From Auanema rhodensis (taxonomy: Eukaryota > Animalia > Nematoda), in the NCBI GenBank assembly GCA_964057225.1, contig OZ059894.1, positions 10,850,001-10,914,000 on the forward strand: a DNA stretch of 64,000 nucleotides, read 5' to 3'. The position numbers and the translations under genes are program-made. This document shows positions 41,278 to 56,198 of the stretch, piece by piece. The notes below the pieces were generated by a model. That model did no database searches and was not told where the DNA came from. It saw only the letters and a list, made by a program, of their open reading frames with translations. How positions within the stretch are numbered: position 1 is the stretch's first letter; each line of letters begins with the position of its first letter.

Positions 41278-42834
41278 TCAACATAAGCTGGTCCCAATGC
41301 CTGTTATTGAATAAACTTGATTTTGTACAATTGGAATGATATGATTTGTAAATTGATAATATGAAGATGATCGTATTTTTGAGTTTCCATCACTGATTTC
41401 CTTCAAGAGCCTGAAATACATGACTTTTCTGATAGCATTTTCATACTTACTGTTCCGCTTGTTGATTTATGCTCGGGTAATGAAAACATATTCTCTTTAC
41501 GTTATCCTTAAAATGAAGTATTGTTTCCAAGAGAACAGCTTTAGATATCGGCTAAATTCAATTCAGGTTGTTGAAACTGAGAAAAACGTATAACATACCA
41601 GCGACAATGCATATAGTGGACAGACAATCAAGTTTTTTCGATCAGAAGCTCTTCGAATACAGCATAAACCCACAACTTTATCATTTCCATCTAGTACAAC
41701 CGAAAAAAATGTGAAGTGGTTTTGCTACCGAACGATTGGCATCTTACTTTACATATATTTTCTGAGTTAGTTAGCCATCTTTGTAGAAATTTTCCACGGT
41801 TTCTAGGACAAATATTCTTATCATATAGCAGAATATCATCAAAGTTTACATCGTTAATATCCTTATTAAATTATTATTTATTTCTGAATGATATAAGAAA
41901 ATAATTTACCTTAATATTGTAAGGATGAATTATATCAGTTTTCAAATCAGCTCTGTATATATATGCTGAAATATGTGCAAACGGAAGCACTCTATGAAAT
42001 CCATATTTAGTTCTATATTTTCTACATAAATTAGGAACTGAAAAAAAAATTGAGTCACATATTATCGAAATACTAAATGATTAAATATATATTATATGTA
42101 TATAACGAATACACACATTATATAAATATTCCATTGGATGATTTATGAGAATATCACTAACCTGCGTGTAGCACTATATTACTCTCGCCTGCTATTCGCA
42201 TAGCCTTCTCAAAAAGATAGGCACGGAGTCCCAGACCTAGCCATTGCTGATCACAATAAAACCAAGTTATAGCATATAAAGGATTTTTCCCTTCATAATC
42301 TGTATCACATACCACAAAAACAGAAGCCACAGGTGTATTCGTAGCTAAAACAAAATTATGTTAACGATTAATAAAATAATGATAAAGAAAAGGGTTCCGT
42401 TTAATTTGATATGACTATATCGTGAAGCAGAGAAAAAAGAACATTTATGGAGTTTATGTTTATAATAAGCTTTGAAATGAACCTACGACCTTTTTCGATA
42501 GCGAATAGAAACCAGTAGTCCTCATAATTAGATATTCCAGAATATCCGTTAAATGAATAATTGCTCCATCCTTCCGTAGCTGAGAACTTAATGTATTATT
42601 TAGACAGGTTTATAAGTTGTATCGAGCAATAATCTTTTATTTTCAATTACGTACTTGCTCTATGATCTCTTCGAAATACTTTCCTTCCTTCGGGTTTTGT
42701 ACGAATTCAATATTCGCAGGAAATTGTTCACTTGTCTTGGTCCGCCCGTGGCATTCTGAAGCGCGGCCATTCCAAACGTTTAACTGCTTTGAGTTCAAAA
42801 CTTTTTTTTTATGAGCGATGCGGGAGTGCAACAT
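41278..42834 (-). CDS. Nematode GNAT-like acetyltransferase (DUF1248/YitH-type); start codon uncertain
   Basis: IEFVQNP..YFEEIIEQ; WFYCDQQWLGLGLRAYLFEKAM (degenerate GNAT motif A); KYRTKYGF; DVNFDDILLYDKNICPRNRGKFL; KVVGLCCIR; VCPLYA; C-terminus QFTNHIIP..VYSITGIGTSLC*. Confidence 0.6.
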
Positions 42835-43249
42835 GGATGTGAAAGAAGAATAGTGAAGCTTATCTGTTAAATGTTTTACAGGGAGAGAGACATCTAGGTT
42901 TCCTCGCACCAATTGGTACCCAGTGCTTCCTGATAACAGACGGAACAAAAATAAATTTCTCCTTTTCTTTGGTCCAAGTGCAGGCTCAAAAATAAAAACA
43001 CGAACAATGTGTTCAAAAGTGAATAAATATTATAGTATAGTGAATTCTATTCATGAAAGTAATGTTTTTTCATTCGTAATCTTTGCAGTTTTCCGAGCAA
43101 AAATATTTTATTATCAGATTCTTTCAAAATACATATTTATATATTATCACATTTATTGATATAGCATTCAATAGCTTAAAAAATACCCTAACAGTATTCC
43201 TTACTCTGATTTGTACAAAAAGTAAAACATTGTAATAGTAAAATAAATA

Positions 43250-46200
43250 TTAAGATATATAAACAAACATGTTCATATCATTATCCTTTCGCTCGATAAA
43301 CCTGTAATTTATATATAAATACTTTATAAATGCAGCAATCTAACTTGTTGTCTATTAGCCAATCGATTTGCTCTTTGATTAGTTTCCGATTAGGAAGAAA
43401 CATAGGTTTGAGCATTTCAACCAATTCTGTTTGCAGCTGAGCGGAACTTATAGACTTCCTCATTTTCATTATCTGAATTTATAATAAGTAATAAGCACAA
43501 TATCAATGAGTCTTACTTTCACTACAGCTTCTTGAACTCTAAATTCTCGCAAAGCAACAATGTCATCATGTTCCCTAGAGGCATTAGGCTCCATCGACAA
43601 CTGTAACCTACCTATCAAGTTGATACGACCGCGATTTTGAGCTTTACCATTCTATATAATATGTATCTCGAATCGAATTATAAGTATTATTCACAAACCT
43701 TCACCAAATGGAAATCGTGGTTCACCCAAAATACGGTAGAATCATTGAATTCTCGAGGATTAATCGGCTGACATGAGTCGCATAGCAAAATTTGTGACTT
43801 CATTTTAGGGTATGCTACCAGAGACTAGAAAAAGAAAATTAAAAAATTAATAATTTGCAAATTAAACAAACGTATAATGTCCGAATTAACTCAGTATCTG
43901 GAAGCTCGGTGGCTAACCGTAGCGTTTCCAGAGACATTTTTTCTTTAGCCTTTTCATTAAAAGCAAATAAAACAGACATTTGAAAAGTAGTGACGTCTAA
44001 ATCGAACTTTCCTCCACTATTTGTTACAAAAATCATCTGTACATTACATTTTTAAACATATACAACATTATAAATTTACAGTTCCACTGCTCCAGTGATG
44101 CATCCAATTGAGCTTTCTACCACTATGTTGTTTTTTATAAAACGACTCAACCTGACAAAACTCAGTAGTTTCAGAAAATCCATTACAAAAATTTACCTCG
44201 GGTACAAAATCTTCCAACTCTCTTGGCAAACTAACCCAAACTTTATCAGAACCACCTCTTCCCCAAGCACCACCATTTAGTACTTTCAGATTAATCAAAT
44301 CTAAACCAAGTATAAAAACAAAAATTAAAAATAATTTACCAGATAGAGCTTTATTGTTATTATTTCCAAGACTTCGCTTGAAAGCATTGTTCATATCTTT
44401 ATTGAGTTCAATATCTTGCAACATCCTAGATAACTTGTTAACATGCTCCGCTGGCATACCAGCCTCCTAAGGAAAAACAAAATAATAAATTGCAATTAAA
44501 ATTTTAAAAACGAACTCGTAAACGATTTACAACCGTCTCTTCTTTTTCTTGATCAGCACTAACATCTAAGATTAACCTTCTGGATAAATGAGCTTTATGA
44601 AATCTCATAAAAACATCTTTGTTTGCAACATATTTTAGAACTAATAACTAAAAAAATAATTATTAATTTTGGATCAGATGCGATATAACAACCAAGTTAT
44701 TTAATTTTTCATCAATTTCGTCAGAAGATAATTTTTTACTTAGCTGTGTTTTGCGAAGTAACAGATCGCAATAATTGGCCAAAAGTTCAGGACACTTTGA
44801 CTCAACAGCAATGTTTCTTCTAAATACATTAATTACAATTCCTAGGCGCATTTGCAATATAATTTCAAACCCCTTCTTATTGATTGATGTAGGTAGTTCC
44901 ATTTTGAAAATAGTTGTGTCATTAACAATTTCACGAAAAGCCTAAAGGTATAATAAAAATAAGAAAACTATTCTCTCTGATTACCTTATCTCGAGCAGTT
45001 AAAAGTCTAGCATCGTCATAGAAACCTTCCTTAACTAAAGCACTGAATTTTTCAAACATTGCCAACAACTGAGATACATATTTTTCCGGATCCTAGAATG
45101 ATGTGAGCCTTGAAGATATACTTAGAATATACAATACCACTGTTATGGTTTCAGCGTTATTTTTCATATCATTCAAGCCCTCATTTCGAATGTGTTCATC
45201 AATGCATTTGAGGATAGTATCAATACCAGTAGGTGTTCGCTTCACCAATCTGTAAAGCATTTGCAATTCTGAAATATAATAAAGTGCATCAGCTGTAGTT
45301 AAGTTTCTTACTATCCACATCATTTCTCTCGATCAAACCAGGGCACACAGCTAAAATTTGTTCATCAAACTCCATAACCAGAACTCTAACACAACTTTCC
45401 ACTAACTAAAAAACTTTTTTATTTGCATAATTTATATTGAAATAAGTTCCTACTTTTGCCAAACTTTCTGGGTTTGGATCAAGATATTTTCTACCTCGAT
45501 TTTCTTCTTCATCTAGTTTTTTGTCAGCATAGAACATATAATTTATAACTCCATTTTCTTGTAAAAACTAAAAATCAAAGTTAAAATCAAATTATCCTCT
45601 TCTTGGAACCTCTGAAGCCCTCCTTTTATAATAATTAACAGTATCATCGATATAGGCCTTTTCGAATGTATTACGATAGACCGCCAATCTGTCGTCTCCC
45701 TCTTCACCTTTGTCGTGTAGAGCAACTGTAACTCTCGTGTGCAAGAGACAAAATTAACAAATACTTACCAAAGCTTTCTCGAACTCCAATAACGAGAAGA
45801 GCGTTTAAAGACTCTCCGTTTCTTTCCTGCTCAATCAGTTTTTTCGCTGCGCATAGCAAATTATTAGAAATAGCAGAAAACACTTTCTCATTCCAGCAAT
45901 CAAGCATCACCTTAATATAAGAGAATACAATACTGTTTTCAAATAATTAAGAAACAACCTCTCGCACAGGTTTATCTTTATTAGTATATATTGAATCTGA
46001 ACGGCTCATGGGATGAGATTCATCATTATTTTCAATTATCTGAATTACTAAAATATCAAAGAAACCTAGAAAAACTACCTTAAAGGGGAGAGGAAGGATG
46101 TTTGTTTGAGTATAGTATCGTGTCCATTCTTCAATATAAATACTTAACAGCTCATATTCCTCGGTTTTCTCGCTGATTCGCTAGAAAACAAGACCAGTAA

Positions 46201-46609
46201 ACCAGAAAAATTACAGATATACTTACACGCTCAACATCACTAACATAACTAGAAATATCCGATGACAAAGCTGTGCGTACATGAGCAGCTCCATCTTGAA
46301 CCCATGAGTGAATGTTGTAAACTATGCAGAACAAATCATGCCATTCCGATTTACTTACATTCTATAATAATACAACATGTTAAAAACAAATAATATCACA
46401 AAATTTACGTGTTGCTTAAGCAGTCGGAGAATAGTAGGATGTGCCTTGGGCCATTCTTCTTCGAAAGGAACTTGATCTTTTGGACGCGAACTCTGAAAAT
46501 GCACATAAATACACTTACATCTCAAATAGCTATAGAAATAAATATAAATCTATATATATATATATATATATCAAAAACATAAAAATTATACCCCTAGCAT
46601 TGTTGCCAT
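43250..46609 (-). CDS. cul-5: Cullin-5
   Basis: FEEEWPKAHPTILRLLKQ; ESKCPELLANYCDLLLRKTQLSKKLSSDEIDEKLN; KDVFMRFHKAHLSRRLIL; MPAEHVNKLSRMLQDIELNKD; SLPRELEDFVPEVE.FYKKQHSGRKLNW; neddylation region RVQEAVVKIMKMRK; C-terminus FVYIS*. Confidence 0.96.
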
Positions 46610-46682
46610 CCTCGTGAGAGATAAAACACTCTAATTTATAGGTGATGAAAAATAGAATCCTTTGAGCAAATACTTAAGCGTA

Positions 46683-46719
<37 letters not shown>

Positions 46720-48161
46720 TTAGCAATTTATATATTTAACAAGAAACATCAGCCAGGACATTGACTTTAAAGCGCTCGCCTTTAACTTTACCACTTATTA
46801 GTGGTGAATTTGTGCAAAATGTCGTAAGTTAGCTTTACTATATATTTCACGTATTCATAGTGAATCCTGGATCTACTGATAAATAATAATGGAGATATTT
46901 ATATGTTTTTAAATTAAACGATTAAGTATAACCATATTTTTGTGAAGAACTTAAATGCTAAGTATTTATGCGTTTTTGCAAAATTCTATAAACTGACTTA
47001 TTAAAGTATATATACTAAAACGTATAAGTTGTGATGTATATATATATTTATCGCAATTAGTACCTTTTAGTCTCTTTTTCAATAACCGAATTACATTTTT
47101 ATATAGACGCTATTGAATTAAGTTGTAAAATTATTCGTAAATTCCAATAACTGATAAATCAGTTCTTCTAGGCAAAGACCCGAAAACAGTTGAAGCATGT
47201 GTTTGAAACCGAAAGGAATTATAATTACTCGTTAGGAGAGTAGTTGATTTAATATAATTTTTACATCTCAAATTATTCAGGTGCTTTATAATCTCTCGTT
47301 AGATTATATCACTGACTGTTGCTTCTAGTTTACTTATAAATAAAATCATATCTTACATTGGGGTTATTTTAATTAATAGAATGGGGATCGATATAGAATT
47401 TGTGTAATAGAGATTATTAATAGTGCAAATGAATGAAATCTGTTGACCTGAAAAGCTATATCATTGAAGTATCTATTGTATTATGCAGGGCAGACTATTG
47501 AGAAAAATTAAATAAACAATTGCTGAAAATAGAAAATATATTCGTATTAGTGAAGCTGGTTTTAGATATCAAATTTACCATGTTCCTGAACCCATCGTTT
47601 GATTTTTGAACAAATTAAGCTTTATTAAAATAAAGTTCATACATATCTGTTAAGTCTTATTAGATGTGATACTAATTTCTATTATTGGTTCATTTTGAAT
47701 TTCAAGCTAATTCTCGGAAATAATTTTTTAATAGTTCGTTTCATTAATGATTTCTAATCTTTCGAAATTTTGAAAAAAAATATTTTAAATTAATCATTCG
47801 TGGTTCCCTCATAATGTGCATAAAATCAAAGTTAAAAATTCATTCATTTTTAGTAAAAAGGTTTATACGGAGAAAGTAGTGATTTACTCAGTTTATTCTA
47901 TTATTTTTTTAATTCTATGGACAACTTCATTGCTCGAATATTTAAACTTGTAAACAAATTACAAAAACATTCGTAACTTTTGAGTTAAAATGACATTCAA
48001 ATTGCGTATTTTTCTTTACCATAGTTTCTCACATGATATTTTCAGCCAATCTTCTTCGATGTGTTGAAATAATACGCTCTCATTGATACTGTCACGGTTG
48101 GAGTGATTTTGCTAGGAACACCAGCTATAACTTTTATGCTCATTATTTTATCAAAGGATCA

Positions 48162-50242
48162 ATGAACTTCACTAATTTAGAAAAGTTCGTTTCGGAAAGA
48201 GAAAGCGGTCAAGGGAAATCAGTTAGTATACATGATGGTGAATGTTAAAAAAAGTTCATATTAACTTTTGACAGGTTCGCACAGTTGCTGCTGAGCAATT
48301 TACCTATCAAAAAGATTTGAGAGGACATGACGGTTGCGTAAATGATATTGCTTTCAGCAACAATCAAGACTATTTTTTAAGTGGTGGGTAAAACAGGATA
48401 GATATTTCTCACTCTGTGTTTTAGGCGGCGATGATAGACATGTATTTATGTGGAATACCTCGGATACATTGCTAGCATCTAAGCCCGAGCCCGTTTTAAA
48501 AATGGAAAAAAAACATCTGTCTAATATCTTTGCCGTCGAATTTAATTCAGAGTTGTTTATAGTTAATATACCTTCACAAATTGTATAATTTAGAAGAAAA
48601 GTAGCATATTCTGGAGGAAATGACTGTATGATTCATTGTCATGATTGTCTTACAGGCAAAGAAATCACGAGTTATTCCATTACATGCTCTATATATGATT
48701 TAGATTCTCATGTAGAATCTTAAGTAAACATAAAACTCTGAGCTTATTCATTTCAGTCTAATAATCCTAATGTTTTTGCCAGTTCTCAAGCAAATGGTGC
48801 AGTAGAGTTTTTCGACATACGGGAAAAAAACAGTACACCTATATTGTCTATTCGGCTACCTCTACGTATATCCCAGAAATCTTTAATATATGTATTACTT
48901 TGTATCACAGATGAACGAGTTTATACCGGGCGTTATAACCCTGTGATTACCACGCAATTTCTTATAGCTACAAGTCGCGATTTGCAAGTGCATGATTTAA
49001 GGAATTTAGCCATGTAATTATATTGAACCATAGTATATCATATGTCTTTCTTTGTAGGAAAGATCTATATTGCGGAGCACTTTCAACTGTGCTTAAGAAC
49101 AATGCTATGTTTGCGGATTGGAATTCCAAAGGCTCAGCTTTGGCTGCTCTAGAAGCTGGTGGCCAACCTTTATATATGGATGTTTGATTTATTGACTGTA
49201 CCAGAAACAAATTCGATATTCCAGCTCATTGACAAAGAAGTCATTCGACTTGCTGACGATAGATATGCGAATGAGCACACTGTTAAATCTGGTGCTATTA
49301 TAGCTGATCGTTTTATTTTATCAGGGAGTGATACTTTTGATGTTTTTGCTTGGGATCTAAACACCAAAGTCTTGGCAGGTATCAAATATACTCAGGGTAA
49401 TATATCTTTATCTTGTTAAGAGAATACTTTAATTAATAATGATAGTTTTGAAGAATATGTTGTACAAAGTGCGGCTTTTCTATTAGAGGTTACTAATTGA
49501 TAAGATTTCATATAGTATAAATATATGAAAACTCATTTCCAGGGTCATCGTTCTATTGTGAACAATGTTTGTTACAGTGAATTGAATCAGATGATAATAA
49601 GTTCTGGGGTTGAGAAAATAATCAAGGCTAGCAAATTAATTTATTACCCATATCTTCTATATTTTAGGTATGGTCTCCTTATGTTCTACCCGCTTCTTAT
49701 GACAAGCCAAGAAAAAGACAAATTGGGTCTACAGTTAGCGATATTCGGTAATAAAAAGTTATCAACCATGTAAAACCACGCTTGTAGAGAAGAAGGTAGT
49801 GAAGGTGAGGATATGGAGACTTTGCTGTATTTCGATAGTTTATTGATGGATTCAAACCCGAGTGTTTGCTAAATTTTATAAAATTCAAAAAGTTATTGTT
49901 TTAGTTAGCTGGACTGCCACATCCACGATTGTGGAATTTGGATGGTTAGCTATGCGCTAATCATGGTGGCCAGGTTTTTATATTATTTTTGCAGATGCAC
50001 TTTTTTCTGATGATTCTGACAGTAATAGTTCTGTTGATCTCGATGAATATGTTAATTCAAGTAGTGATGTAAGCAGTAGCAATTCGGAATCCGATGTTTA
50101 TGAAGAAAGAAATGAGTTATCAATAGAAGAGTTTTTATTAAATAGAAGTAGTGAATTAAGGGAGGACAGCAACGGTTCCTATAATAGTCAAGTGAGAAAT
50201 AGCTCAGAAGATGAAGAAATGGATGATAACGATATTCAGTAA
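48162..50242 (+). CDS. DCAF5: WD40-repeat DDB1/CUL4-associated factor, DCAF5/WDR22-like, with acidic tail
   Basis: YQKDLRGHDGCVNDIAFS..FLSGGDDRHVFMW; HLSNIFAVEF; YSGGND; YANEHTVKS..FILSGSDTFDVFAW; LEGHRSIVNNVCY..IISSGVEKIIKVWS. Confidence 0.8.
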
Positions 50243-51331
50243 AAATAAACAAAGACAGAAAAAAACTACTTGAAATCACATAAGATGTATAGAGATTGTA
50301 TATTGATTTCGAACATTTAACAATTCCATGTATAATAAAAGTTGATTCCTTCGTAATCGTGATTTTTTTCATTTTTGTTTCACCGTCTCTATTATCTAGT
50401 TCAAAGAAATAATTGTTTTTTTTCCTCAAAAGAAAGAATTTCGGTTTTGAAAGATTTATATATAGGTGACCTTTTCATATCTTGACAACTTGGAATGTGT
50501 CGATTAAATCGAAATGTTTTGACATGAAATCCAAGATCCTGCACTTTCTACTTTTTTCTATAATTACTATGCAACCAACTCTACTTTGTTGTAAAGTTGA
50601 TGTTTGAAAGATTGTAATTCAGTGTTTTCATTGATTATGAAGGTTGATCAAGTATCTAATATTGATCAAAACCATAGTTTGTATCTTGAAATATTGTTAT
50701 TTGCTACTATTTTTTATAACCTGTACTATTGCGAATCTGTATTTATTATTAGTTGGGTTTCAGCAACTATGGGCTTTCGGGTATAGGTTATCTCAATTGT
50801 TTCTCTTTAGACTTTTAATGTAAATCTATTCTAGTAGTTTATCAAATCTTATGTTATCATATTTATTTAAAGGCCAGGCAGAGATATTTTTCATTTCTCT
50901 ATTTTCTCCCTGCACTTCCTGATATCTTGTTGAACGCTCTTTAGAGTAGACCTGTTTGCGAGGAATGAACTGTTTTTTTACTGATAACAAGTTGTTTGGT
51001 GTTTCCTATTTATCAGTCACTAATTTTATTGTTCCATTCCTGGATCGTATCATATATCTTTCTCGTGTTCTGTTATCAATTCATATTCATTTTATTTGTT
51101 TTGGAAATCCATTGATCGCCTTGTTAGTCAATATCAAAAATTTAATACTTCGCTCCCATCTAAGAACATTTTATGCATTAGTGCAAGAAGTTAGCCAGTC
51201 CAGGTTACAAATTCCTCATGTTTATATGAATCGACTGATTGGGGCAAATTTGTATTTCATTACACTATTTATGTTTCACTATGGTTTCAATTGAATCGTC
51301 TAAAGATATTCTGAATATTAATAATTTTTAG

Positions 51332-54300
51332 ATGGGGATTCTTAGATCCCAATCTTCCACATTGTTGCGATGTCGTCGCTTCTTGTCTAATGCTATCGTT
51401 CCGCGAAAAGATTTCAAAAAAGTTAGTTACTGTTTTCTCTGAGCCTAGCTGATTTTAAGTGTACAGGTTATGGTTGCGAACAGAGGTGAAATAGCAATAA
51501 GAGTATTTCGAGCATTAACAGAGTTAAACATGACTTCTGTTGCTATATATAGTGAGCAGGTTTGAAGGAAGTTATACTACCTATAGGCTTCTGTATTTTT
51601 TAGGATAAGCATTCGATGCATAGGCTGAAAGCTGATGAAGCCTTCATTGTTGGAAAGGGACTTCCACCAGTTGCAGCGTATCTGTCAATTGATCAGATAA
51701 TTGAAACTGCTCTTAAAGTTTGCAAAGTTGTTTATGACCCTTCACACGACATTTTAGCATAACATTGATGCAATACATCCTGGGTATGGCTTCCTTTCCG
51801 AACGATCTGATTTTGCGCAAGCTTGTAATAATGCGGGCATCGTCTTTATTGGACCTAGTCCAGATGTTATGGCTAGAATGGGTGATAAGGTAGCAATTTT
51901 CACATGAGCATCGAAACAAGCTGTGTTTTCAGGTGGCTGCTCGTCAGGCTGCTATTGAAGCTGGAGTTCAAATTGTTCCTGGCACTCCTGGTCCTATTAC
52001 GCGAGCAGAGTGAGTTGTGGAAAAAAAAAATATATATATATATATTACGTAATCATTATATAGAGAAGCCATCGAATTTGCCAAGCAATATGGTACTCCA
52101 ATAATATTAAAAGCAGCATATGGTGGTGGAGGTCGTGGAATGAGAAAAGTAAATCACATAAATGAGGTGGATTTTAATTAACAAGTCAGAGAATTGTTAT
52201 GTTGCTAGGTAGAAGAGGCCTTTACACGTGCCTATTCAGAGGCACAGGCTGCCTTTGGAGATGGGAGTCTATTTGTAGAAAAATTCGTAGAGAGACCAAG
52301 ACATATCGAAGTTCAGCTTCTCGGTTTGACGCTGAATGTGTTTTGTATTACGTTGGTTTGATTTAGGTGATAATCATGGTAATCTTATACACTTGTACGA
52401 AAGAGACTGTTCTGTTCAACGGAGACATCAGAAAGTTGTTGAGATTGCACCGGCTCCTGCACTTCCTGAAGGAGTACGGGAAAAAATTTTAAATGATGCA
52501 GTCAGGCTAGCCAAGCATGTAGGATATCAAAACGCTGGTAAATAAATTTTCTCAGATTTTTAAAATAAGTTTTATTTAAGGAACTGTTGAATTTTTGGTT
52601 GATCAGAAAGGAAATTATTACTTCATTGAAGTGAATGCCCGACTTCAAGTTGAGCATACAGTAACTGAAGAGATTACTGGGTATTCAATCTGATCAAAAA
52701 TGAGTAATATTTTATTAAAGGGTCGACCTGGTTCAAGCTCAAATTCGCGTCGCTGAAGGAAAAACTCTGAATGATTTGAAATTGAGTCAAGATGCCATTG
52801 TTCCTCATGGATCAGCTATCCAATGCCGCCTGACTACTGAAGATCCCGCTCGTGGATTCCAACCGGATTCGGGAAGAATTGAAGTTGTTCAGAAGCAAAG
52901 TGAAAATAATTATTACTAACCTAGGTATTCCGATCGGGAGAAGGAATGGGCATACGATTGGATTCTGCTTCCGCTTATGCTGGTTCAGTGATCACTCCTC
53001 ATTATGATTCTCTTTTAGTTAAAGTAATAGTTTCACGCCTGAAATGGTTGATTTAAAATTTGTATGCTTGATTAAGGTAATTGCATCAGCAAGAAATCAC
53101 CCAAATGCTGCAGCAAAGATGATCAGAGCATTGAAAGAATTTAGAATTCGGGGTGTCAAGGTAGCACATAAAATGATTTGTTCATTTATACCTACTATTC
53201 AGACCAATATACCTTTTCTTCTTAATGTTCTCAATCAACCCTCTTTTCTTGATGCATCGGTCGACACATATTTTATTGACGAACATCCAGAACTTTTCCA
53301 GTTTCGACCCAGTCAGAATAGAGCTCAGAAGCTTTTAAGTTATCTTGGAGAAGTTCAAGTAAGATACCACTCTTGAAGAATGAATATTAGATTTTAGGTA
53401 AATGGTCCTACCACACCTCTGGCCACAAACTTGAAGCCAGCTTCTGTTGATCCTCCTGTTCCACATATCCGAGCTGGTAAGTTTTAGACAAATTATGTAA
53501 TACACAAAGAAATAGGCTGTCACCCCCCTCCCGGTTTGCGTAATGTTTTACTGAAAGACGGGCCAGAAGCATTTGCTAGAGCTGTTAGAAAAACGCCAGG
53601 CTGCTTGATCACAGATACAACCTTCCGGTACTCTAAATTAATGACAAATTATGGACTATAGTTTTCAGTGATGCCCACCAGTCTCTCTTAGCTACTCGTG
53701 TACGAACCTATGATCTAGCGAAAATATCTCCTTTCGTTAGTCACGCTTTTCCACAACTATTTTCTATTGAGAATTGGGGAGGTGAGCCAAATATTTGGAG
53801 CTTAAGAATTGAATATTATAAGGTGCCACATTTGATGTCTCCATGAGATTTCTTCATGAATGCCCTTGGGAGAGACTACGTACTTTAAGAGAATATATAC
53901 CTAATATTCCTTTCCAATGTCTTCTTCGGGGTGCGAATGCGGTTGGTTATAGTAATTATCCTGATAATGTCATTTTAAAGTGAGTAGTTTGTTATTAATT
54001 GATTGGGAAAGCTTTATTTCACTTATTGCAGATTCTGTGAACTTGCCAAGAACAATGGAATGGATATTTTTAGAGTATTTGATTCCTTAAATTATCTACC
54101 TAATCTGTTAGTTGGAATGGAAGCTGCTGGCAATGCCGGTGGAGTGGTATTTTATCCTTCAACTTAGTGTGAACACAATCAAGTAAAATTAGGTTGAAGC
54201 CGCTATTGCTTATACTGGAGATGTATCCGATCGATCTCGGACTCAATACAACCTTCAATATTATTTAGATTTGGCAGAGCAACTAGTTAAAGCTCAAGCG

Positions 54301-56033
54301 CATATCTTATGTATTAAGGTAGTCATTTTTATTCCGTTTGGAAGAATTTACTAAGTAAATATCTTCATAGGACATGGCAGGAGTTCTCAAGCCCGCCGCA
54401 GCGAAGCTGCTAATTACAGCTCTGAGAGACAAATTCCCTGACATTCCGATACATGTTCATTCACATGATACATCAGGTGCCGGTGTGGCGGCAATGTTGG
54501 AATGTGCCAAGGTACCTTTATAATAAGTTCAAAGTAATTCAGAAATTTTAGGCAGGAGCTGATGTTGTGGACGCAGCCGTTGACAGCATGAGTGGTATGA
54601 CTAGTCAGCCAAGTTTAGGAGCTGTGGTTGCTTCGCTACAAGGTACTCCACATGATACAGGTAAGAAGAATATTGCAAAAGACCATTCTTATTTTCAAAT
54701 TAGGTCTTTCTCTCGATAATATATCTAAATATTCTGCATATTGGGAGTCCACTCGGCAGCTCTATGCTCCTTTCGAATGCACTGTTACTATGAAAAGTGG
54801 TAATGCGGACGTATATAAACACGAAATTCCTGGAGGACAATATACAAACCTTCAATTCCAAGTATATTTAGGCAATGAAAAGCCTAAATCTTATCTTTAA
54901 TTAAGGCTTTTTCACTGGGCTTGGGCAATCAGTTTGATGATGTTAAGCGTATGTACCGTGAAGCAAACTTAGTATTAGGTGATATCATCAAAGTTACACC
55001 TTCTTCTAAGATTGTTGGAGACTTAGCCCAGTTTATGGTTCAAAATAACCTAACCAGAGAAACCCTCGTAGATCGAGCAGATGATTTATCATTTCCCAAA
55101 AGTGTTGTCGACTTTATGCAGGTTGGAAAAAATGCCTACAATCCTATCATTACTTTTGAAGGGCAGTATCGGACATCCTCCTTATGGTTTTCCTGAACCA
55201 CTCCGTACCAAAATTCTTCGTGGAAAAAAAAAAATTGAAGGAAGAGCTGGAGAACTTTTAGCACCCTTGGACTTAAACAGTTTGCGAAAGAGTTTGGAGG
55301 AAAAGCATGGACGAACATTGAGGTAAAGAAGGTTTTGGTTTACTAGTTTAAATGTGAATGATCCAGCGAAGAAGATGCTATGTCTTATGCCATGTTCCCT
55401 GATGTTTTTGATAAATTTGAGCAGTTTCGCCAGCGATATGGACCGGTGACCAAACTCCCAACTAGAATTTTCTTTACTGGTCTGGATATAGCGGAAGAAG
55501 TTGATGTCAGTATATAAATATGAATATACATATAAAAAACGCAAATGATTTAGGTTGAGCTTGAGGAGGGAAAAACTTTAGCTGTTCAATTACTCGCTGA
55601 GGGAAAACTTAATACACTTGGAGAAAGGGAAGTTTTCTTCGATTTGAATGGTCAAATGAGAAGTATTTATGTTCAAGATAAGGAGGCCAGCAAGGTTTAC
55701 GAGTATGATTCTATATCAGTACATATATATTAATTCAGGAAATTGTATCAAGACCTAAAGCTCTCCCTGGCGTTCGAGGATCCGTTGGAGCTCCGATGCC
55801 TGGAGATATTCTAGAACTTAGAGTGAAAGAAGGAGAAAAGGTTGTGATTATTTCAACTCCTATGATTACGATTAATGATTGAGGTTTCCCCTAAGCAACC
55901 GCTTTTTGTCTTATCAGCGATGAAGATGGAAATGGTTATTGATTCTCCAATTTCTGGTACTGTTAAAAAAATTCATGCCCTTCAAGGAACGAAATGTGCC
56001 GCTGGTGACCTAGTGGTAGAAATTGAACCATAA
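51332..56033 (+). CDS. pyc-1: Pyruvate carboxylase, mitochondrial (about 27 short introns)
   Basis: Arg-rich presequence; [12 protein letters not shown]; HPGYGFLSE; [11 protein letters not shown]; [13 protein letters not shown]; [16 protein letters not shown]; [11 protein letters not shown]; [11 protein letters not shown]; biotin-attachment AMKM at about 55918-55929. Confidence 0.98.
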
Positions 56034-56198
56034 ATTTTTTTTTTTTTAATCAAAACACATTATTAATTAAAAATAAATATTTTTAAACTTTAATGTTTAA
56101 TAATTCAATGAAAATAATACGTTTGGTCAGAGAGATATCTAATACATGATATATAGTAAAAACAGAACAAGTGTGATATTCCTTCCGTAACAACTATA

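Noticed and set aside
39849-46718. (AAT)n and (TA)n microsatellites, e.g. 39849-39878 and 46688-46718
   Set aside because: Ordinary simple repeats in AT-rich DNA.
43250-50242. Functional link between the divergent cul-5 and DCAF5-like genes
   Set aside because: DCAFs act with CUL4-DDB1, not CUL5; adjacency alone is not evidence.
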